A DNA stretch of 64,000 bases from Noviherbaspirillum sp. (GCA_035654275.1 DASRXG010000066.1:8584-72583), one strand, 5' to 3'. Shown: positions 23,876 to 36,822, numbered from the stretch's first letter. Made by a program: numbers and translations. Notes: generated by a model from the sequence alone, not told the origin.

Positions 23876-25228
23876 TTAGTGGTGATGATGGTGGTGATGC
23901 GTCGGATCATTGCAATCGTCGCCGCAGGTGATCTGGTCGATGAGGTAGTCCGCAACACTTTCGAAGGCCACCGTCGTCTGGTTGTTCTCCATGCTCTCCC
24001 CGCGCATGGTCTTCACTGTTGTAACGCCCTTGGCAACTTCGTCTTCGCCAATGATGACAGCATAGCTGGCGCCGCTGGTGTCAGCCCTTTTCATTTGCGA
24101 TTTGAAACTGGTCCCACCGCTGGACGAAGCGCAATTCAGGACGACGTCCAATCCGGCATCGCGCAACCGCTCCGCGATGACAAACGCCTGCAACTGTGCT
24201 GCTTCACCTTGATGGACTACATAAACGTCACACTGATGCGGCGCAAACGTCTCGCCATTTGCCTTCATCAGCTCGAGCAAGCGCTCGACTCCGATTGCGA
24301 ATCCGCAGGCGGGCGTCGGCTTGCCGCCGAACATTTCAATCAGAGGATCATAACGGCCACCGCCGCATACGGTGCCTTGCGACCCGAGCTGGTCGGTCAC
24401 CCATTCAAACACCGTCCGATTGTAGTAATCCATGCCGCGGACAAGGCGTGGATTGATGGTGAATGGAATGCTGTTATGCCGGAGGATCTTTTGCACACCT
24501 TCGAAGTGAGCACGGGACTCCTCTCCCAGATAGTCAAGCAGCTTCGGCGCAGCATTCACCATCTCCTGCATTGCAGGGTTCTTGGTGTCGAGAATCCGTA
24601 GCGGATTCGAATGCAAGCGCCGCTGGGCATCAGCATCGAGCAAATCCTTATGCTGCTCAAAATAGGCCACAAGATCCGCGCGGTGACGGTTGCGCTCGTC
24701 CGCATTGCCGATCGAATTCAACTCGAGCCTGATACCTTGCAGGCCGAGATCATCCCACAACCGCTGGCACAGCATGATCAGTTCGGCGTCAATATCCGGA
24801 CCAGTGAACCCCAATGCTTCGGCACCAACCTGATGAAACTGGCGGTAGCGACCACGTTGCGGCTTTTCATGCCGGAACATGGGCCCGGCATACCAGAGCC
24901 GCTTCGGCCCGTCGTAAGTCAGGTTATGCTCCAAGGCGGCACGTACGACGCCGGCCGTGCTTTCCGGACGCAGCGTCAATTGATCGCCGTTCATCGAATC
25001 GACGAAAGAATACATCTCCTTTTCGACGATATCCGTCACCGCACCCAAGCCGCGCGCAAACAAGGCGGTCGGCTCTACGATGGGCGTGCGAATCTGCTGG
25101 AAACCGTAGCTTTTCAACACCGATTGCACGGTGTTCTCGAACAACTCCCACAGCGGCGCGTCGGCCGGCAGGATATCGTTCATTCCCTTGACGCCGACGA
25201 TTTTTTCTACCTTCTTGTTTTCTGACAT
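23876..25228 (-). CDS. hisS: Histidine--tRNA ligase
   Basis: [44 protein letters not shown]; Cys/His-rich tail. Confidence 0.98.
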   Translation of the reverse strand: MSENKKVEKIVGVKGMNDILPADAPLWELFENTVQSVLKSYGFQQIRTPIVEPTALFARGLGAVTDIVEKEMYSFVDSMNGDQLTLRPESTAGVVRAALEHNLTYDGPKRLWYAGPMFRHEKPQRGRYRQFHQVGAEALGFTGPDIDAELIMLCQRLWDDLGLQGIRLELNSIGNADERNRHRADLVAYFEQHKDLLDADAQRRLHSNPLRILDTKNPAMQEMVNAAPKLLDYLGEESRAHFEGVQKILRHNSIPFTINPRLVRGMDYYNRTVFEWVTDQLGSQGTVCGGGRYDPLIEMFGGKPTPACGFAIGVERLLELMKANGETFAPHQCDVYVVHQGEAAQLQAFVIAERLRDAGLDVVLNCASSSGGTSFKSQMKRADTSGASYAVIIGEDEVAKGVTTVKTMRGESMENNQTTVAFESVADYLIDQITCGDDCNDPTHHHHHHH

Positions 25229-25260
25229 TCTTTTACTTAATTCACGAATTGGCTTAGGGT

Positions 25261-26532
25261 TTAGATGCCAGCCGATTCTTTTCCATAACGGGTTTTAACG
25301 TAGTCCAGCACAATAGCCTGGAATTCTTCGGCAATCCGGTCGCCACGCAAGGTGACCTTCTTTTCTCCATCGACGAACACTGGGGCAGCCGGCGATTCAC
25401 CGGTTCCCGGAAGACTGATGCCGATGTTCGCATGTTTGGATTCACCCGGGCCGTTCACGATACATCCCATGACGGCGACATTCATGTCCTCTACACCGGG
25501 ATACTGCTTCTTCCACACCGGCATTTGCTCACGCAGATAGGTCTGAATCCTGTCAGCCAGCTCCTGAAATACCGTTGAGGTGGTGCGTCCGCAACCAGGG
25601 CATGCAATCACCATGGGCGCAAATTTGCGAAGCCCCATGGTTTGCAGGATTTCCTGCGCAACCACCACTTCTTTTGTCCGGCCTCCGCCCGGCTCAGGGG
25701 TCAGGGAAACACGAATCGTGTCGCCAATCCCCTCCTGCAACAGCACAGAAAGTGCCGCTGTCGAGGCAACGATACCCTTGCTTCCCATTCCGGCCTCGGT
25801 GAGTCCCAAATGCAATGGATATTCGCAGCGACGAGCAAGCTCGCGGTACACGGCAATCAGGTCTTGAACACCAGAGACCTTGGCAGACAATATGATCTTG
25901 TCGCTCGCGAGGCCGATTTCTTCGGCTTGTTGTGCGCTTTCTATGGCTGAGGTTACCAGCGCCTCGTACATGACAGCCTTTGCATCCCACGGCTCTGCCC
26001 TGCGGGCATTTTCGTCCATGATGCGAGCCAGTAAAGCCTGGTCAAGACTACCCCAATTGACGCCAATACGGACCGGTTTGTCGTACTTGCACGCAACCTC
26101 GATCATTTGCGCGAACTGGACATCCCGTTTCGCACCCTGCCCGACATTGCCCGGGTTAATACGGTATTTGGACAACGCCTGTGCACATTCGGGAAAATCC
26201 TGGAGCAACTTGTGTCCGTTATAGTGAAAGTCGCCCACCAGTGGAACATCCACATCCATCTTGTCCAGTTGTTCGCGGATAGCAATGACAGCTGCGGCGG
26301 CCTCCGGATTATTGACGGTAATCCGAACGAGTTCGGAACCGGCGCGCGCCAGCTCCTTGATCTGGATTGCTGTGGCGATTGCATCCGCGGTATCGGTGTT
26401 TGTCATCGACTGGACAACGACCGGCGCGATGCCGCCAACGGTAATTACCCTGTTGCCATGGCGGATTGTCACGCTGCGGCTGTTGCGGCGCGCAAGGGGT
26501 CCGGATGCGATTGGAGCATTCACTGAGGCCAT
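25261..26532 (-). CDS. ispG: HMBPP synthase (4-hydroxy-3-methylbut-2-enyl diphosphate synthase)
   Basis: [30 protein letters not shown]. Confidence 0.97.
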   Translation of the reverse strand: MASVNAPIASGPLARRNSRSVTIRHGNRVITVGGIAPVVVQSMTNTDTADAIATAIQIKELARAGSELVRITVNNPEAAAAVIAIREQLDKMDVDVPLVGDFHYNGHKLLQDFPECAQALSKYRINPGNVGQGAKRDVQFAQMIEVACKYDKPVRIGVNWGSLDQALLARIMDENARRAEPWDAKAVMYEALVTSAIESAQQAEEIGLASDKIILSAKVSGVQDLIAVYRELARRCEYPLHLGLTEAGMGSKGIVASTAALSVLLQEGIGDTIRVSLTPEPGGGRTKEVVVAQEILQTMGLRKFAPMVIACPGCGRTTSTVFQELADRIQTYLREQMPVWKKQYPGVEDMNVAVMGCIVNGPGESKHANIGISLPGTGESPAAPVFVDGEKKVTLRGDRIAEEFQAIVLDYVKTRYGKESAGI

Positions 26533-26537
26533 ACTAT

Positions 26538-27512
26538 CTACTTCAAATTTACGCGTGCAACATTACTTTTCGTACCCGGCTTGAGTTCAAGCGGCACTCC
26601 ACGCAGGCTCGCATCGACACCCGCAGCATTCCCGATAACGAGCGAAACCGGCTCGGTTACCTGAACGGTTTCGGACTCGCCTGCCTTCACGATACGAGAA
26701 ACGAGAACGGCGCTATTCCCAGTACGACGGATCTCCACCCAGGAATCTTCGCGGGCGGCCAAATGCAAGGCGTTATTGCCGGTTGGAGCAGCACCGTTTG
26801 ATGCAGGCAAAGCGGCCGGTGCCGACATAGGTTGCGGCGACTGAGTCACTGGTGCGGTATTCACACCAGCGCCTAGCGCCGTGCTAGTGCCGGAACCGAC
26901 GTTATCCTTCGCACCGCTGACCGGGCCCGGTGCAACAGCCGGTTCTTGACTCGTGGCATCTGGCACTCGGCGCTCCACCTTATCTGCAGCGGGCATGTCA
27001 ACCTGACCTTGCTGCGTTGGCGCTGAGGATGACTCGGACATTTCGGTAACGCCACCATCCTGCCGGCTCGCCCAGATCGCAACACCAATCAGGAGAACCA
27101 GCAACGTCCCAATGATCCACTTCGATGACAAACCCGGACGGTCCGTCATGGATGGAAGGCGAGCTTCTGAAAACGGCGTTGAAAGTGTCTTTCGCGGGAC
27201 GATTGATTCGTTTGCCTCGGCAGCCTCAGTGTCAAGTGTAGCCAGCAGCGGCGCAGCGTCCACCTTCAGCAACTTCGCATAAGCACGAATGAATCCGCGC
27301 ACGATAGGCATACCCGGCAATGCGGCATAGTCATCGCTCTCGATTGCGACGATCTGCCGCGGCGCGAGATTCAGCTGGCTCGCAACCTGCTCGACCGTCC
27401 ACCCTTTCTCATTGCGGTATGCCGCCAGCCTTGCACCTGGCGACGCAAGCGCTTGGCTGCCATTCGGCTGTTCAGCCGGAACCGCTTGGCCGTTGATGTC
27501 GGGATCACTCAT
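26538..27512 (-). CDS. rodZ: Cell-shape protein RodZ
   Basis: N-terminal HTH ([11 protein letters not shown]), one TM, C-terminal DUF4115-like domain (SWVEI, IGNAAGV); ATG overlaps the pilW end. Confidence 0.9.
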   Translation of the reverse strand: MSDPDINGQAVPAEQPNGSQALASPGARLAAYRNEKGWTVEQVASQLNLAPRQIVAIESDDYAALPGMPIVRGFIRAYAKLLKVDAAPLLATLDTEAAEANESIVPRKTLSTPFSEARLPSMTDRPGLSSKWIIGTLLVLLIGVAIWASRQDGGVTEMSESSSAPTQQGQVDMPAADKVERRVPDATSQEPAVAPGPVSGAKDNVGSGTSTALGAGVNTAPVTQSPQPMSAPAALPASNGAAPTGNNALHLAAREDSWVEIRRTGNSAVLVSRIVKAGESETVQVTEPVSLVIGNAAGVDASLRGVPLELKPGTKSNVARVNLK

Positions 27513-28305
27513 CGAACGCTCCACGCTGGTACGCAGTATATTCGACAGAGCCGCCGTGCCTGCGTCGCAACTGTGTCGCCAAGCTGTTTTCGGCGACGCG
27601 ATCACCAAGCTTGCGCTCGATCTTAATTGCGAGCCACAAAACTTCTGCCGTCATGACATCCGCCTTCATTACTCGCCCGATATAGAAGCGTGCACGCTCA
27701 TAATCGGCACGGTCATAATATATTTTGGCAAGGTTGATGTTGGTGGAGATATTGCCCGGCTCCGATTGAAAGGCCTGCGCGAAATAGCGCTCTGCGGCCG
27801 TCTTGTCTTTCAGTTTGAGACTGCAGATACCCGCGTTGTTCAGCGCCTTTGCCGGCGACTGGTAAGCACGGTTCTTCAGCGCAGTATCAAAATAAGCAAT
27901 CGACTGTTTTTCCCGGCCGGTCTGGCACAAGAACCAGCCATAGTTATTGCTGAAATCGGGGTTATTGGGTGCCAGACGAATCGCCTGCAAGAAGTCATCT
28001 TCCGCCTTGCGGTTTTCACCCATTTCCATGTAAATCAGCGCGCGCATGCTATACGCATCCGCAAAATTCGGATCAGCCTGCAGTGCGAGCTTGATCTCAT
28101 CGAGCGCTACGGCCATTTGGCGTTGCTCGTAGTAGTTCACCGCGAGCTGCAGACGAATGCGTGCACGCTTCTGGCTGTCGGTCTGATCAGCAGCGGTCGA
28201 AAGACTATTCTGCGAATCATCAACCGGCTTGGTCCCACATCCTGAAAGTGAAAACGCCAACGCAACGAGGCAAACAATCAACGAGAAGTGTGGTCTTCTT
28301 ATCAC
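27505..28305 (-). CDS. pilW: Type IV pilus biogenesis/stability lipoprotein PilW (PilF)
   Basis: Lipobox LSGC, TPR repeats, NNYGWFLC; GTGA overlap with rlmN stop. Confidence 0.92.
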   Translation of the reverse strand: MIRRPHFSLIVCLVALAFSLSGCGTKPVDDSQNSLSTAADQTDSQKRARIRLQLAVNYYEQRQMAVALDEIKLALQADPNFADAYSMRALIYMEMGENRKAEDDFLQAIRLAPNNPDFSNNYGWFLCQTGREKQSIAYFDTALKNRAYQSPAKALNNAGICSLKLKDKTAAERYFAQAFQSEPGNISTNINLAKIYYDRADYERARFYIGRVMKADVMTAEVLWLAIKIERKLGDRVAENSLATQLRRRHGGSVEYTAYQRGAFDE

Positions 28306-29471
28306 TTGGGCACCTCCACAATGCGACCGAAGTCTTTGCCGAATTTTTTTTGGTACTCCACCATTTTCTGCATTCGTTCCTGCACGCGCGTACGGTCTTG
28401 CACCTCGCCGGCAAGCTGGCCGCACGCCGCATCAATATCGTCACCACGCGTCTTGCGAATAGTTGTCACGATGCCTGCATCCATCAGTATTTGTGCGAAA
28501 GCCTTTATGCGAGCGCTATTGGAGCGTTTCAACCCTGATTCAGGGAACGGGTTAAATGGAATCAGATTAAATTTGCATGGAACGGGAGCATCGCCATTCT
28601 GCACAAGAGCAACTAGTTCGCGCGCATGTGCATCGGCGTCATTAACGCCATCGAGCATGCAGTACTCAAACGTTATGAAGTCCCTGGGCGCATACGCGAG
28701 ATAGCGCCGGCATGCCGCCATCAACTCGGACAGCGGGTATTTCTTATTCAGTGGCACGAGACCATCACGCAATGCGTCATTAGATGCATGAAGCGATACG
28801 GCCAGTGCGACCGGGCACTCCTGCGCAAGCTTATCGATCATCGGAACCACGCCACTGGTGGAGACAGTAACCCGACGCCGCGACAATCCGTAAGCATTAT
28901 CGTCAAGCATCAACCTGAGTGCAGTTACGGTCGGCTCGAAATTCAGCAACGGCTCGCCCATACCCATCATGACGACATTCGTGATCTGGCGTTCGCCCTT
29001 GGGTCCGGGCTCAATTCCCTTGGTACGGCGCAGCTCGAACTCCGCCATCCAGAGTTGACCGATGATTTCGCCGACAGACAGGTTGCGATTGAAGCCCTGC
29101 TTCCCCGTCGAACAGAATCGACAATTAACTGCACAGCCCGCTTGCGTGGAGACACACAAGGTGCCACGGGCTTCCTCGGGAATGAATACCGTTTCGACTG
29201 CATTCCCTTGTCCGACATCGAGCAGCCACTTACGGGTGCCGTCGGCGGATGTGTGATCGCTGATGACTGTCGGTGCAGCAATCGTCGCGCGCGCCTTGAG
29301 CTTTTCACGCAGCGACTTTGCCAAGTCCGTCATGGAGTCGAAGTCGCTGGCGCCGAATTGATGTATCCAGCGCTGCAACTGCTTGGCGCGAAACGGCTTC
29401 TCACCCAACTCGCCACAGTAGGCAATAAGTTGCGCGGGATCGAGATCCAGCAAATTGGTGAGAGCCGTCAT
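28302..29471 (-). CDS. rlmN: Dual-specificity RNA methyltransferase RlmN
   Basis: Radical [25 protein letters not shown]. Confidence 0.97.
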   Translation of the reverse strand: MTALTNLLDLDPAQLIAYCGELGEKPFRAKQLQRWIHQFGASDFDSMTDLAKSLREKLKARATIAAPTVISDHTSADGTRKWLLDVGQGNAVETVFIPEEARGTLCVSTQAGCAVNCRFCSTGKQGFNRNLSVGEIIGQLWMAEFELRRTKGIEPGPKGERQITNVVMMGMGEPLLNFEPTVTALRLMLDDNAYGLSRRRVTVSTSGVVPMIDKLAQECPVALAVSLHASNDALRDGLVPLNKKYPLSELMAACRRYLAYAPRDFITFEYCMLDGVNDADAHARELVALVQNGDAPVPCKFNLIPFNPFPESGLKRSNSARIKAFAQILMDAGIVTTIRKTRGDDIDAACGQLAGEVQDRTRVQERMQKMVEYQKKFGKDFGRIVEVPK

Positions 29472-29540
29472 AAAAATATGTCACTGTGTCACTCGCCTTT
29501 CAGAAAATCGACTTCATTGAGGCGAGTGGTATTTTTTTAA

Positions 29541-29966
29541 TTAGCGGGAATAAACGTTAAGCGCCGGGAAGAAATACGCAATTTCCACCTTAGCAGTGTC
29601 CGTACCATCGGAGCCATGTACGGCATTTGCGTCGATGGAGTCAGCAAAGTCGGCACGGATAGTACCTTTGTCCGCCTTCTTCGGGTCGGTTGCGCCCATC
29701 AGTTCACGGTTCTTGGCAATCGCGTTCTCGCCTTCCAGCACTTGGATCATCACTGGACCGGACACCATGAAGTCGACCAGATCCTTGAAGAAAGGACGCT
29801 CGCGGTGAACAGCGTAGAAACCTTCAGCCTCGGCACGGGAGAGTTGCGCCATGCGGGCAGCGACGATTTTCAGGCCGGCGTTCTCAAAGCGGGTGTAAAT
29901 CTGGCCGATTACGTTTTTTGCGACTGCGTCGGGCTTGATGATCGACAGGGTGCGTTCGATTGCCAT
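29541..29966 (-). CDS. ndk: Nucleoside diphosphate kinase
   Basis: [22 protein letters not shown]. Confidence 0.98.
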   Translation of the reverse strand: MAIERTLSIIKPDAVAKNVIGQIYTRFENAGLKIVAARMAQLSRAEAEGFYAVHRERPFFKDLVDFMVSGPVMIQVLEGENAIAKNRELMGATDPKKADKGTIRADFADSIDANAVHGSDGTDTAKVEIAYFFPALNVYSR

Positions 29967-30179
29967 CTGTAAAAACTCCAATAAAAAGAAAGGGTTAAGA
30001 TAAATAACTGAGAATTCAACTAACCTTCTATTCTAGCATGAAAGGCTTTTCCCAAGGGATTCGGGACGGCGGCCCCCGATGCAACCCGCACGTCGCATAG
30101 TGTCCAATCTCTCTACTTCGGAACTGCACATGCTATGCTCTTGTCACTTATTCCTGTATTAAACGACATCGGAGGCAAT

Positions 30180-30872
30180 ATGGATCAAAACCTGCAACGA
30201 ATTTACGGCGCGTCCAGCGAAGCCCTCGTAGTTCGTCATCGCGTACTGCGCAATACGTACTGGCTGCTTGCCATTTCCATGATTCCCACAGTCTTGGGGG
30301 CATGGATTGGAGTGCAACTCAAGTTTTCCTTCTTCTCCGGCAGCCCGCTCATCGGCTTCATGGCGTTTTTGGCAATTGCATTTGGCTTCTTTTATGCAAT
30401 CGAGAAGACAAAAAATTCAGGTTTGGGTGTTGCAGTCCTGCTGGGCTTTACCTTCTTCATGGGCTTGATGCTGTCACGCCTCATTGGCCACATCTTGGGC
30501 TTTTCCAATGGCGCTTCACTGATCATGACCGCCTTTGGCGGCACCGCGACGATTTTTGCGGCCATGGCAACGATTGCAACAGTATCCAAACGCGATTTTT
30601 CCGGCATGGGGAAATGGCTGTTTGCCGGCGTACTGGTCATTCTGGTTGCAGCTCTGGCAAACGTTTTTCTTCAGTTGCCGGCACTTTATCTGGCGATCTC
30701 GGTATTGGCCATCGCGATCTTTTCTGCTTTCATTCTTTACGATGTTCAGCAAGTTATTAATGGCGGCGAAACTAACTACATCACCGCAACGCTTGCGATC
30801 TATCTCGACGTGTACAACATCTTCAGCAACCTGCTGGCCCTCTTGGGAATTTTCGGCGGAGAGCGTGATTAA
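30180..30872 (+). CDS. yccA: Bax inhibitor-1/YccA family membrane protein
   Basis: VLRNTYWLL, multiple TMs, GGETNYITATLAIYLD; GGAGG RBS. Confidence 0.92.
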   Translation: MDQNLQRIYGASSEALVVRHRVLRNTYWLLAISMIPTVLGAWIGVQLKFSFFSGSPLIGFMAFLAIAFGFFYAIEKTKNSGLGVAVLLGFTFFMGLMLSRLIGHILGFSNGASLIMTAFGGTATIFAAMATIATVSKRDFSGMGKWLFAGVLVILVAALANVFLQLPALYLAISVLAIAIFSAFILYDVQQVINGGETNYITATLAIYLDVYNIFSNLLALLGIFGGERD

Positions 30873-30890
30873 TCGCGATTGAGGTCAAAC

Positions 30891-30917
30891 AAAAAGCCGA
30901 CCTTGGGTCGGCTTTTT
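30891..30917. terminator. Bidirectional terminator between yccA and rlmD
   Basis: AAAAAGCCGACC-TTG-GGTCGGCTTTTT. Confidence 0.9.
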
Positions 30918-30937
30918 TATTGCTGTTTCCCTACTCG

Positions 30938-32272
30938 TTAATGCACGAGATCGAACACGGCCATCGACTCGACATGTGCCGTGTGCGGGAACATATTCAC
31001 CACTCCTCCTTGCTTCAAGGCATAACCACCTTGATGAACAAGATAACCGGCATCACGCGCCAGCGTGGACGGATTACAGGAAACGTACACGATACGTCTG
31101 GGCTTCATCGCTGGATCAAGGCCCGCAATGGCTTGGCATACCGCAATTGCACCTTCGCGCGGCGGATCGATGAGAATCCGGTCGAACTTACCAAGCGCAA
31201 CAAAATCCTCCGTTGTGGCTTCGAACAAGTTGCGGCAGTAAAACGTCGTCTTTTCGGCCAACCCGTTGGCGCGTGCATTATCCAAGGCGCGCTCCGTCAG
31301 TGCAGTGCTCCCCTCGATGCCAACCACTGCCCGCACTTGCGTTGCGATCGGCAGCGTAAAATTCCCGAGACCGCAGAACAAGTCGGCTACACGATCATCA
31401 GAACGCGCCTCCAGCAAGCACAGCGCACGCGCCACCAGGACCCGATTGATATGGTGATTTACCTGCGTGAAATCGGTGGGTTTGAACGGCATCTTCACAC
31501 CGAACTCAGGCAATGCATAGTGCAATTGCACATCTGTCGGGTAAAACGGGTAAACGGTATCGGGCCCCTTGGGTTGCAACCACCACTGGATGCGATGCAC
31601 GTCCGCAAATACCTTTAGCTTGTCTTCATCGTCAGTCGTGAGAGGCGCCATGATGCGCAGAACCAAGGCGGTTACATCCTCGCCCACGGCCAACTCGATC
31701 TGCGGCATTTGCTCGAAAATGCTCAGCGACTCAACCAGCTTGCGTAACGGCACCAGCATGGCCGATACATGAGGCGGTAGAATCTCGCAGGACTTCATGT
31801 CTGCGATATACGACGATTTCCTTTCGTGGAAACCGACCAGCACACCACCCTTCTTCTGGACGTTACGCACCGACAGGCGCGCCCGATAACGATAGCCCCA
31901 AGTCGGCCCGAAAATCGGACGCATCATTGTTTCGGCGCGCACTTTACCGAGGTGCCACAAGTTATCCTCAAGGACGCGCTGCTTCATCGCGACCTGCGCG
32001 GACGGCTCGAGATGCTGCATTGCGCACCCGCCGCACACGCCGAAATATTCGCATTTCGGCCTCACCCGCAGCGAGGACTCGCTGTGCAATTCAGTCATCG
32101 TCGCGGCTTCCCACTTCGGCTTCTTCCGGAAAGACTGGTAGCTGACTCGTTCGCCTGGTAATGCTCCCTCAACGAAAATAACCTTGCCGGGCGTGCCGTC
32201 TTCATTCTGTAAATGACCAACACCCCGACCTTCCATGTCGAGGGATTCGATAACAATCGTATTGTGCTGCAT
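30938..32272 (-). CDS. rlmD: 23S rRNA m5U1939 methyltransferase
   Basis: TRAM domain, [10 protein letters not shown] cluster motif, [29 protein letters not shown]. Confidence 0.95.
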   Translation of the reverse strand: MQHNTIVIESLDMEGRGVGHLQNEDGTPGKVIFVEGALPGERVSYQSFRKKPKWEAATMTELHSESSLRVRPKCEYFGVCGGCAMQHLEPSAQVAMKQRVLEDNLWHLGKVRAETMMRPIFGPTWGYRYRARLSVRNVQKKGGVLVGFHERKSSYIADMKSCEILPPHVSAMLVPLRKLVESLSIFEQMPQIELAVGEDVTALVLRIMAPLTTDDEDKLKVFADVHRIQWWLQPKGPDTVYPFYPTDVQLHYALPEFGVKMPFKPTDFTQVNHHINRVLVARALCLLEARSDDRVADLFCGLGNFTLPIATQVRAVVGIEGSTALTERALDNARANGLAEKTTFYCRNLFEATTEDFVALGKFDRILIDPPREGAIAVCQAIAGLDPAMKPRRIVYVSCNPSTLARDAGYLVHQGGYALKQGGVVNMFPHTAHVESMAVFDLVH

Positions 32273-32356
32273 AAGAAATCTTATTGAATTGCCGGACTCT
32301 CAAAGCCCGGAAAACGGGATAATGGATCTGGAAATGAGCCGAAAAATGCGCTCAGA

Positions 32357-33127
32357 CTACCATGCGGCAAGATACTCTTGCCAGTGCGATCCGTCGAGCC
32401 TTGCCAGTGACGAGCGTACTAGCGAGATTTCCTCTTCGTAGGCAGCCTTTGTCATTGCGCCGCGCATTAGCTGAAACCGGCAATATACCAGGTAGGTATT
32501 GACGACGTCGGTTTCGCAGTAGTCGCGAATTTCATTCAAACGGCCTTCCTGGTACAACGTCCAGACCTGGGAGCCATCAACACCCAGTTTGCCGGGGAAC
32601 CCGCACAACTTTGCAAGGTCGTCCAATGGCGCGTTTGCCCTACCGGTATAGAGGGCAAGCAAATCCATCAGGTCGAGATGGCGGGTGTGATACCGGCTCA
32701 AATAATTGTTCCATTTGAAGTCGCGGTCTTCGTCACCCATTTCCCAGTAACGCGACGCCGTTACGCCATTGATCATTGCCCGGTAATGCAACACTGGCAG
32801 ATCGAAACCACCACCATTCCATGACACTAACTGCGGGGTGTACTTGTCAATGATGCGAAAAAAATCGTTAATGAGCTTCGATTCCTGATCTTCGAGGCTG
32901 CCCAGCGAACGGACGCGGAATCCCTCGTTATCGCGGAACACGCAGGAAATTGCGGCGATTCTGTGCAGGTGATGCTGGAGAAAATCCGAGCCGCTCTTGT
33001 CGCGTCGGGCTGCAAATGCTGCGGCAGCCACTTCCGAATCGCTCATTGCAGGATCATAGCCGTTCAGGACGCGCAAGCCCGCCACATCGGGAATCGTCTC
33101 GATGTCGAATACCAGAACAGGGGTCAC
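32357..33127 (-). CDS. PolB-like 3'-5' exonuclease
   Basis: DEDDy motifs [18 protein letters not shown]; start overlaps rpoS stop. Confidence 0.88.
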   Translation of the reverse strand: MTPVLVFDIETIPDVAGLRVLNGYDPAMSDSEVAAAAFAARRDKSGSDFLQHHLHRIAAISCVFRDNEGFRVRSLGSLEDQESKLINDFFRIIDKYTPQLVSWNGGGFDLPVLHYRAMINGVTASRYWEMGDEDRDFKWNNYLSRYHTRHLDLMDLLALYTGRANAPLDDLAKLCGFPGKLGVDGSQVWTLYQEGRLNEIRDYCETDVVNTYLVYCRFQLMRGAMTKAAYEEEISLVRSSLARLDGSHWQEYLAAW

Positions 33128-34155
33128 AGTAAAGCGTCCTTGCCGACGCCTCGGGCAGTCAATGCACGCTTGAGTTTGACCAACGCCTCTTGCTGAATCT
33201 GGCGGACGCGTTCGCGCGTGACGCTCATCTCCGCCGCCAACTCCTCCAGCGTAGCCGGGTCATCATTGTCCAGGCCGAAGCGGCGAACAATGACCACGCG
33301 CTGCTTGTCGGGAAGCTTCTTCAGCCAGTCACGCACCAGTATCGTCATTTCATGGTGTTCCGCGCGCGAATCCGGACCGTCCTCGACATCCCCGGGCAGC
33401 ATGTCCATCAGGCTGGCCTGCGGGTCATTATCAAGAGGCGCATCCAGCGATGTCGCATGCTCCGAAAGCGCGAGGATATCCTGCACATCCTCGACCGGCC
33501 TGTCGACAAGGTGCGCGATGTCTTCGGCGGTTGCATCCTTGCCGTCGTGGTGCTGGGCTTCCAGGTGATATTTGGCGCGAAGAATTTGATTGAGCTCACG
33601 CACCATATGCACTGGCAATCGCACGGTGCGCGCCTGGTTCATGATTGCACGCTCAATGCTCTGGCGAATCCACCATGTCGCATAGGTCGAAAAACGAAAA
33701 CCCCGTTCCGGCTCGAACTTGTCGATCGCACGCATGAGGCCGAGATTGCCTTCTTCAATCAAGTCGAGCAACACAACGCCACGATTGATGTAATGCTTTG
33801 CAATCGACACAACCAGACGCAGGTTATGCTCGATCATCTTCTGGCGCGCCTCGAAATTGCCTTGTTTCGCCAATGTTGCGAAGTGAATTTCTTCATCCAC
33901 TGTCAGCAAGGGGCGTGCGCCAATCTGGTTCAGGTAATGCTGCGTCGTGTCGGTGGATAATTCGGCAGCAAGTACCGTCTTCAGCTCATCGACTGGATCC
34001 GCCCCGGATACTACAGAGCTGTTACCACGGTCCGAGTCGTCAATGTCATCGACCAGCCCATCGCCAGCCTCATCGGCAACATTGAGCGGAATGTCCTCGG
34101 CCAGATCATCCGGAGGTGTTTCATCATCGATGGGATCGCGGGGCGTACGATTCAT
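33124..34155 (-). CDS. rpoS: RNA polymerase sigma factor RpoS
   Basis: [35 protein letters not shown]; downstream of nlpD. Confidence 0.96.
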   Translation of the reverse strand: MNRTPRDPIDDETPPDDLAEDIPLNVADEAGDGLVDDIDDSDRGNSSVVSGADPVDELKTVLAAELSTDTTQHYLNQIGARPLLTVDEEIHFATLAKQGNFEARQKMIEHNLRLVVSIAKHYINRGVVLLDLIEEGNLGLMRAIDKFEPERGFRFSTYATWWIRQSIERAIMNQARTVRLPVHMVRELNQILRAKYHLEAQHHDGKDATAEDIAHLVDRPVEDVQDILALSEHATSLDAPLDNDPQASLMDMLPGDVEDGPDSRAEHHEMTILVRDWLKKLPDKQRVVIVRRFGLDNDDPATLEELAAEMSVTRERVRQIQQEALVKLKRALTARGVGKDALL

Positions 34156-35115
34156 TTAGCGGCTTGGCAGAAATTTTGATGGATCGACTGGCTTTCCTTG
34201 CTGGCGAATCTCGAAATGCAGTTTTACTTCATCCGTGTCGGAGTTTCCCATCTCCGCAATTTTTTGTCCCTTGGTTACGCTTTGATCTTCTTTCACGAAG
34301 ATGGTTTTGTTATGCGCGTATGCGGACAACAAATTGTTGGAATGTTTGACAATAACCAGATTGCCATACCCGCGGATGCCGCTACCAGCATACAGGACTT
34401 TTCCCGCTCCTGCCGCCAGCACCGGCTGCCCCATCTTGCCGGCAATATCGATGCCTCTCTTGCCTTCACTAAAGGCAGAAATCACTTTGCCTTCAGCCGG
34501 CCACATCCAGGAAATGCCCTCCTCGTCTGGAGCCGCGGCGGCAGGCGGTTCCGGGGTCTTTTCGACGGCTTTGGGCTGCTCATGTTTCGGCACCGCATTT
34601 GATGCAACAGCCGAGCCACCGTTCGTATCAGGCTTTTGCAATTCTGCCAGCACGCCTTCCGTATAGGGGCGCTTATCTCCGCGCGGTGCAGATTTGTTCG
34701 GTGCATTGCCAGCGGCAGGCGCACCGGGAGACAACGGCCTCACTTCAACGCCCGAAGAGGTGGCAACGCTTCCGGTTTGTGCACCGCCCTCCGGGGGCAG
34801 GACGCGCAGTGGCTGGTCGACCTTGATGTCGTTCGGGTTGGCGAGGTTATTCCAGACGACGAGATCGCGATAGTTTTGGCCGAAATCGAGAGCAATCTGC
34901 AGGAGTGTATCGCCCTTTTTGACTACGTAATAACCGCGCGCATCCGCCTGTTTGGGCGCGGCGGCAGCGGGCGCCGCACCACGCGTGGCTTCGACCGCCT
35001 TTCCGCCGGCAGTCCGGTCCACGACCGGCGCTGCCTGGCGCGGAGTTACAGTACATGCAGCGAACATGGCAGGCAGAAGCGCCAGAAATACTAAGCGTAC
35101 TTTTCTCATTCTCAT
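34156..35115 (-). CDS. nlpD: LysM/M23 lipoprotein NlpD
   Basis: Lipobox FAAC, LysM (VKKGDTL), M23 domain (GYGNLVIVKH, LHFEIR). Confidence 0.93.
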   Translation of the reverse strand: MRMRKVRLVFLALLPAMFAACTVTPRQAAPVVDRTAGGKAVEATRGAAPAAAAPKQADARGYYVVKKGDTLLQIALDFGQNYRDLVVWNNLANPNDIKVDQPLRVLPPEGGAQTGSVATSSGVEVRPLSPGAPAAGNAPNKSAPRGDKRPYTEGVLAELQKPDTNGGSAVASNAVPKHEQPKAVEKTPEPPAAAAPDEEGISWMWPAEGKVISAFSEGKRGIDIAGKMGQPVLAAGAGKVLYAGSGIRGYGNLVIVKHSNNLLSAYAHNKTIFVKEDQSVTKGQKIAEMGNSDTDEVKLHFEIRQQGKPVDPSKFLPSR

Positions 35116-35169
35116 ACTATTAATCGTTTTGGCGGCTGTAGCCGGAAATCATCCCAGCCCGACGCAACA

Positions 35170-36045
35170 TCAGACCACCCCGGGACGCAGCGGAACGAAA
35201 TGACAATCTTCCAAAGTGGTATTCGTCCACTCGAATTTGCCTACGCGCTCAATGAGCTGCAGGACCTGATGACGAGCCCCGACCGGAGCCACCAGCCTGC
35301 CGCCGATACTTAATTGATCAAGCAAGGCCTGCGGGACTTCCAGTCCGGCCGCGGCCAGAATAATACCGTCGAACGGTGCCACTTGAGGAAGGCCAAGCAT
35401 ACCATCTCCGTATTGGAGGCGGATATTTGCAATACGCAGCGGGCGCAAATTGGCCTTTGCCAGCTCATGCAGCGGCTTGATTCGTTCGATTGAATACACT
35501 TCCTTCGCCACCAACGACAGAACTGCAGCCTGATAACCGCAGCCAGTGCCGATTTCCAGCACTTTGTTCAATACACCACCATTGGAATTTGCGCGCAAGA
35601 CTTCAATCATTCGTGCGACGATATAAGGCTGAGAGATGGTCTGATGGTGACCAATGGGCAGAGAGGCATCGATATAGGCCTGGCTCGACAAGCCCGACTC
35701 GACGAACATATGGCGCGGCACGGCTTCCATAGCCGCCAACACCTTTGTGTCTTTAACCCCCTGCTTGGCGACCCGAGCAACCATCGCGACGCGAACCGCA
35801 TCGGACACGAGCGGCATGGGGCGCGGTGAACTTGAAGTTGTTTGCGAAGCCAACTGCGCCGGCGCCGGTCTGCTCTTCAACTCACGTGGAGGCTGAAGCC
35901 GCGTCCCACTTTGCGCGGCATTTTGCGTTGCCGTTTGAGGTGTCGCAACCTTGCCTGGTGAGACAGCATTCGCCGTCGTCTTCCTGCCTGGGCTTTCGAC
36001 CACGGAAGACAACGGCAACGGGAAACGCTTGTCGCTGCCGTTCAT
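35170..36045 (-). CDS. pcm: Protein-L-isoaspartate O-methyltransferase with N-terminal extension
   Basis: [31 protein letters not shown]; between surE and nlpD. Confidence 0.95.
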   Translation of the reverse strand: MNGSDKRFPLPLSSVVESPGRKTTANAVSPGKVATPQTATQNAAQSGTRLQPPRELKSRPAPAQLASQTTSSSPRPMPLVSDAVRVAMVARVAKQGVKDTKVLAAMEAVPRHMFVESGLSSQAYIDASLPIGHHQTISQPYIVARMIEVLRANSNGGVLNKVLEIGTGCGYQAAVLSLVAKEVYSIERIKPLHELAKANLRPLRIANIRLQYGDGMLGLPQVAPFDGIILAAAGLEVPQALLDQLSIGGRLVAPVGARHQVLQLIERVGKFEWTNTTLEDCHFVPLRPGVV

Positions 36046-36779
36046 ACCAAGCCCTTCTTCAGCAAATCCAGTTGTGCTGTATGGGTCAGATCAACCCGAA
36101 GAGGCGTTACCGAGACGAACCCGTCTGCAACGGCATGGAAATCCGTTCCCTCGCCCGCATCCTTCGCTTTGCCTGCCGGGCCGATCCAGAAAATCTCGCG
36201 TCCGTGAGGATCCTGTGATTTGATGACCGCCTCGGATTCGTGGCGCTTGCCCAAGCGTGTCGCCTTCACACCTTTTATCTGATCATAGGGCAAGTTCGGA
36301 ATATTGACGTTCAGCAAATACGGTTTCGAGAGCATAGCGAAACCGCGCTCGACAAACTCCCGCGCGATACAAGCAGCAGCATCCACATGCGCCCAGCCTT
36401 TCTCGACCTGCGAAAACGCAATTGCAGGAATGCCGAACAAGAACCCTTCGGTTGCAGCTGCGACAGTGCCCGAATACAGCGTGTCGTCCCCCATGTTCTG
36501 CCCTTGATTGATCCCTGAAACGATCAGGTCGGGCTTGAAAGCGATCCCTCCGGTAAGTGCAACGTGTACACAGTCCGAAGGTGTCCCGTTCACGAAATAG
36601 AAGCCGTTTTCGGCGCGATAAACAGAAAGCGGTCGATCCAGCGTCAGGGAGTTCGAACTGCCGGAGCGGTTGCTGTCCGGCGCAACGACAACAATTTCGG
36701 CAATCGGTCTTAATGCATCGGCCAAGGCGATGATACCGGGGGCGAGGTAACCATCGTCGTTACTAACGAGAATTTTCAT
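36042..36779 (-). CDS. surE: 5'/3'-nucleotidase SurE
   Basis: [30 protein letters not shown]. Confidence 0.97.
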   Translation of the reverse strand: MKILVSNDDGYLAPGIIALADALRPIAEIVVVAPDSNRSGSSNSLTLDRPLSVYRAENGFYFVNGTPSDCVHVALTGGIAFKPDLIVSGINQGQNMGDDTLYSGTVAAATEGFLFGIPAIAFSQVEKGWAHVDAAACIAREFVERGFAMLSKPYLLNVNIPNLPYDQIKGVKATRLGKRHESEAVIKSQDPHGREIFWIGPAGKAKDAGEGTDFHAVADGFVSVTPLRVDLTHTAQLDLLKKGLV

Positions 36780-36822
36780 AGGTGAATTTTAACCGAAGCG
36801 ATTTTGCCGTCCTGTGAAGATA

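Noticed and set aside
30081-30147. ECF-type promoters upstream of yccA
   Set aside because: GCAACC...GTCCAA and GGAACT...GTCAC match only loosely and spacing is ambiguous
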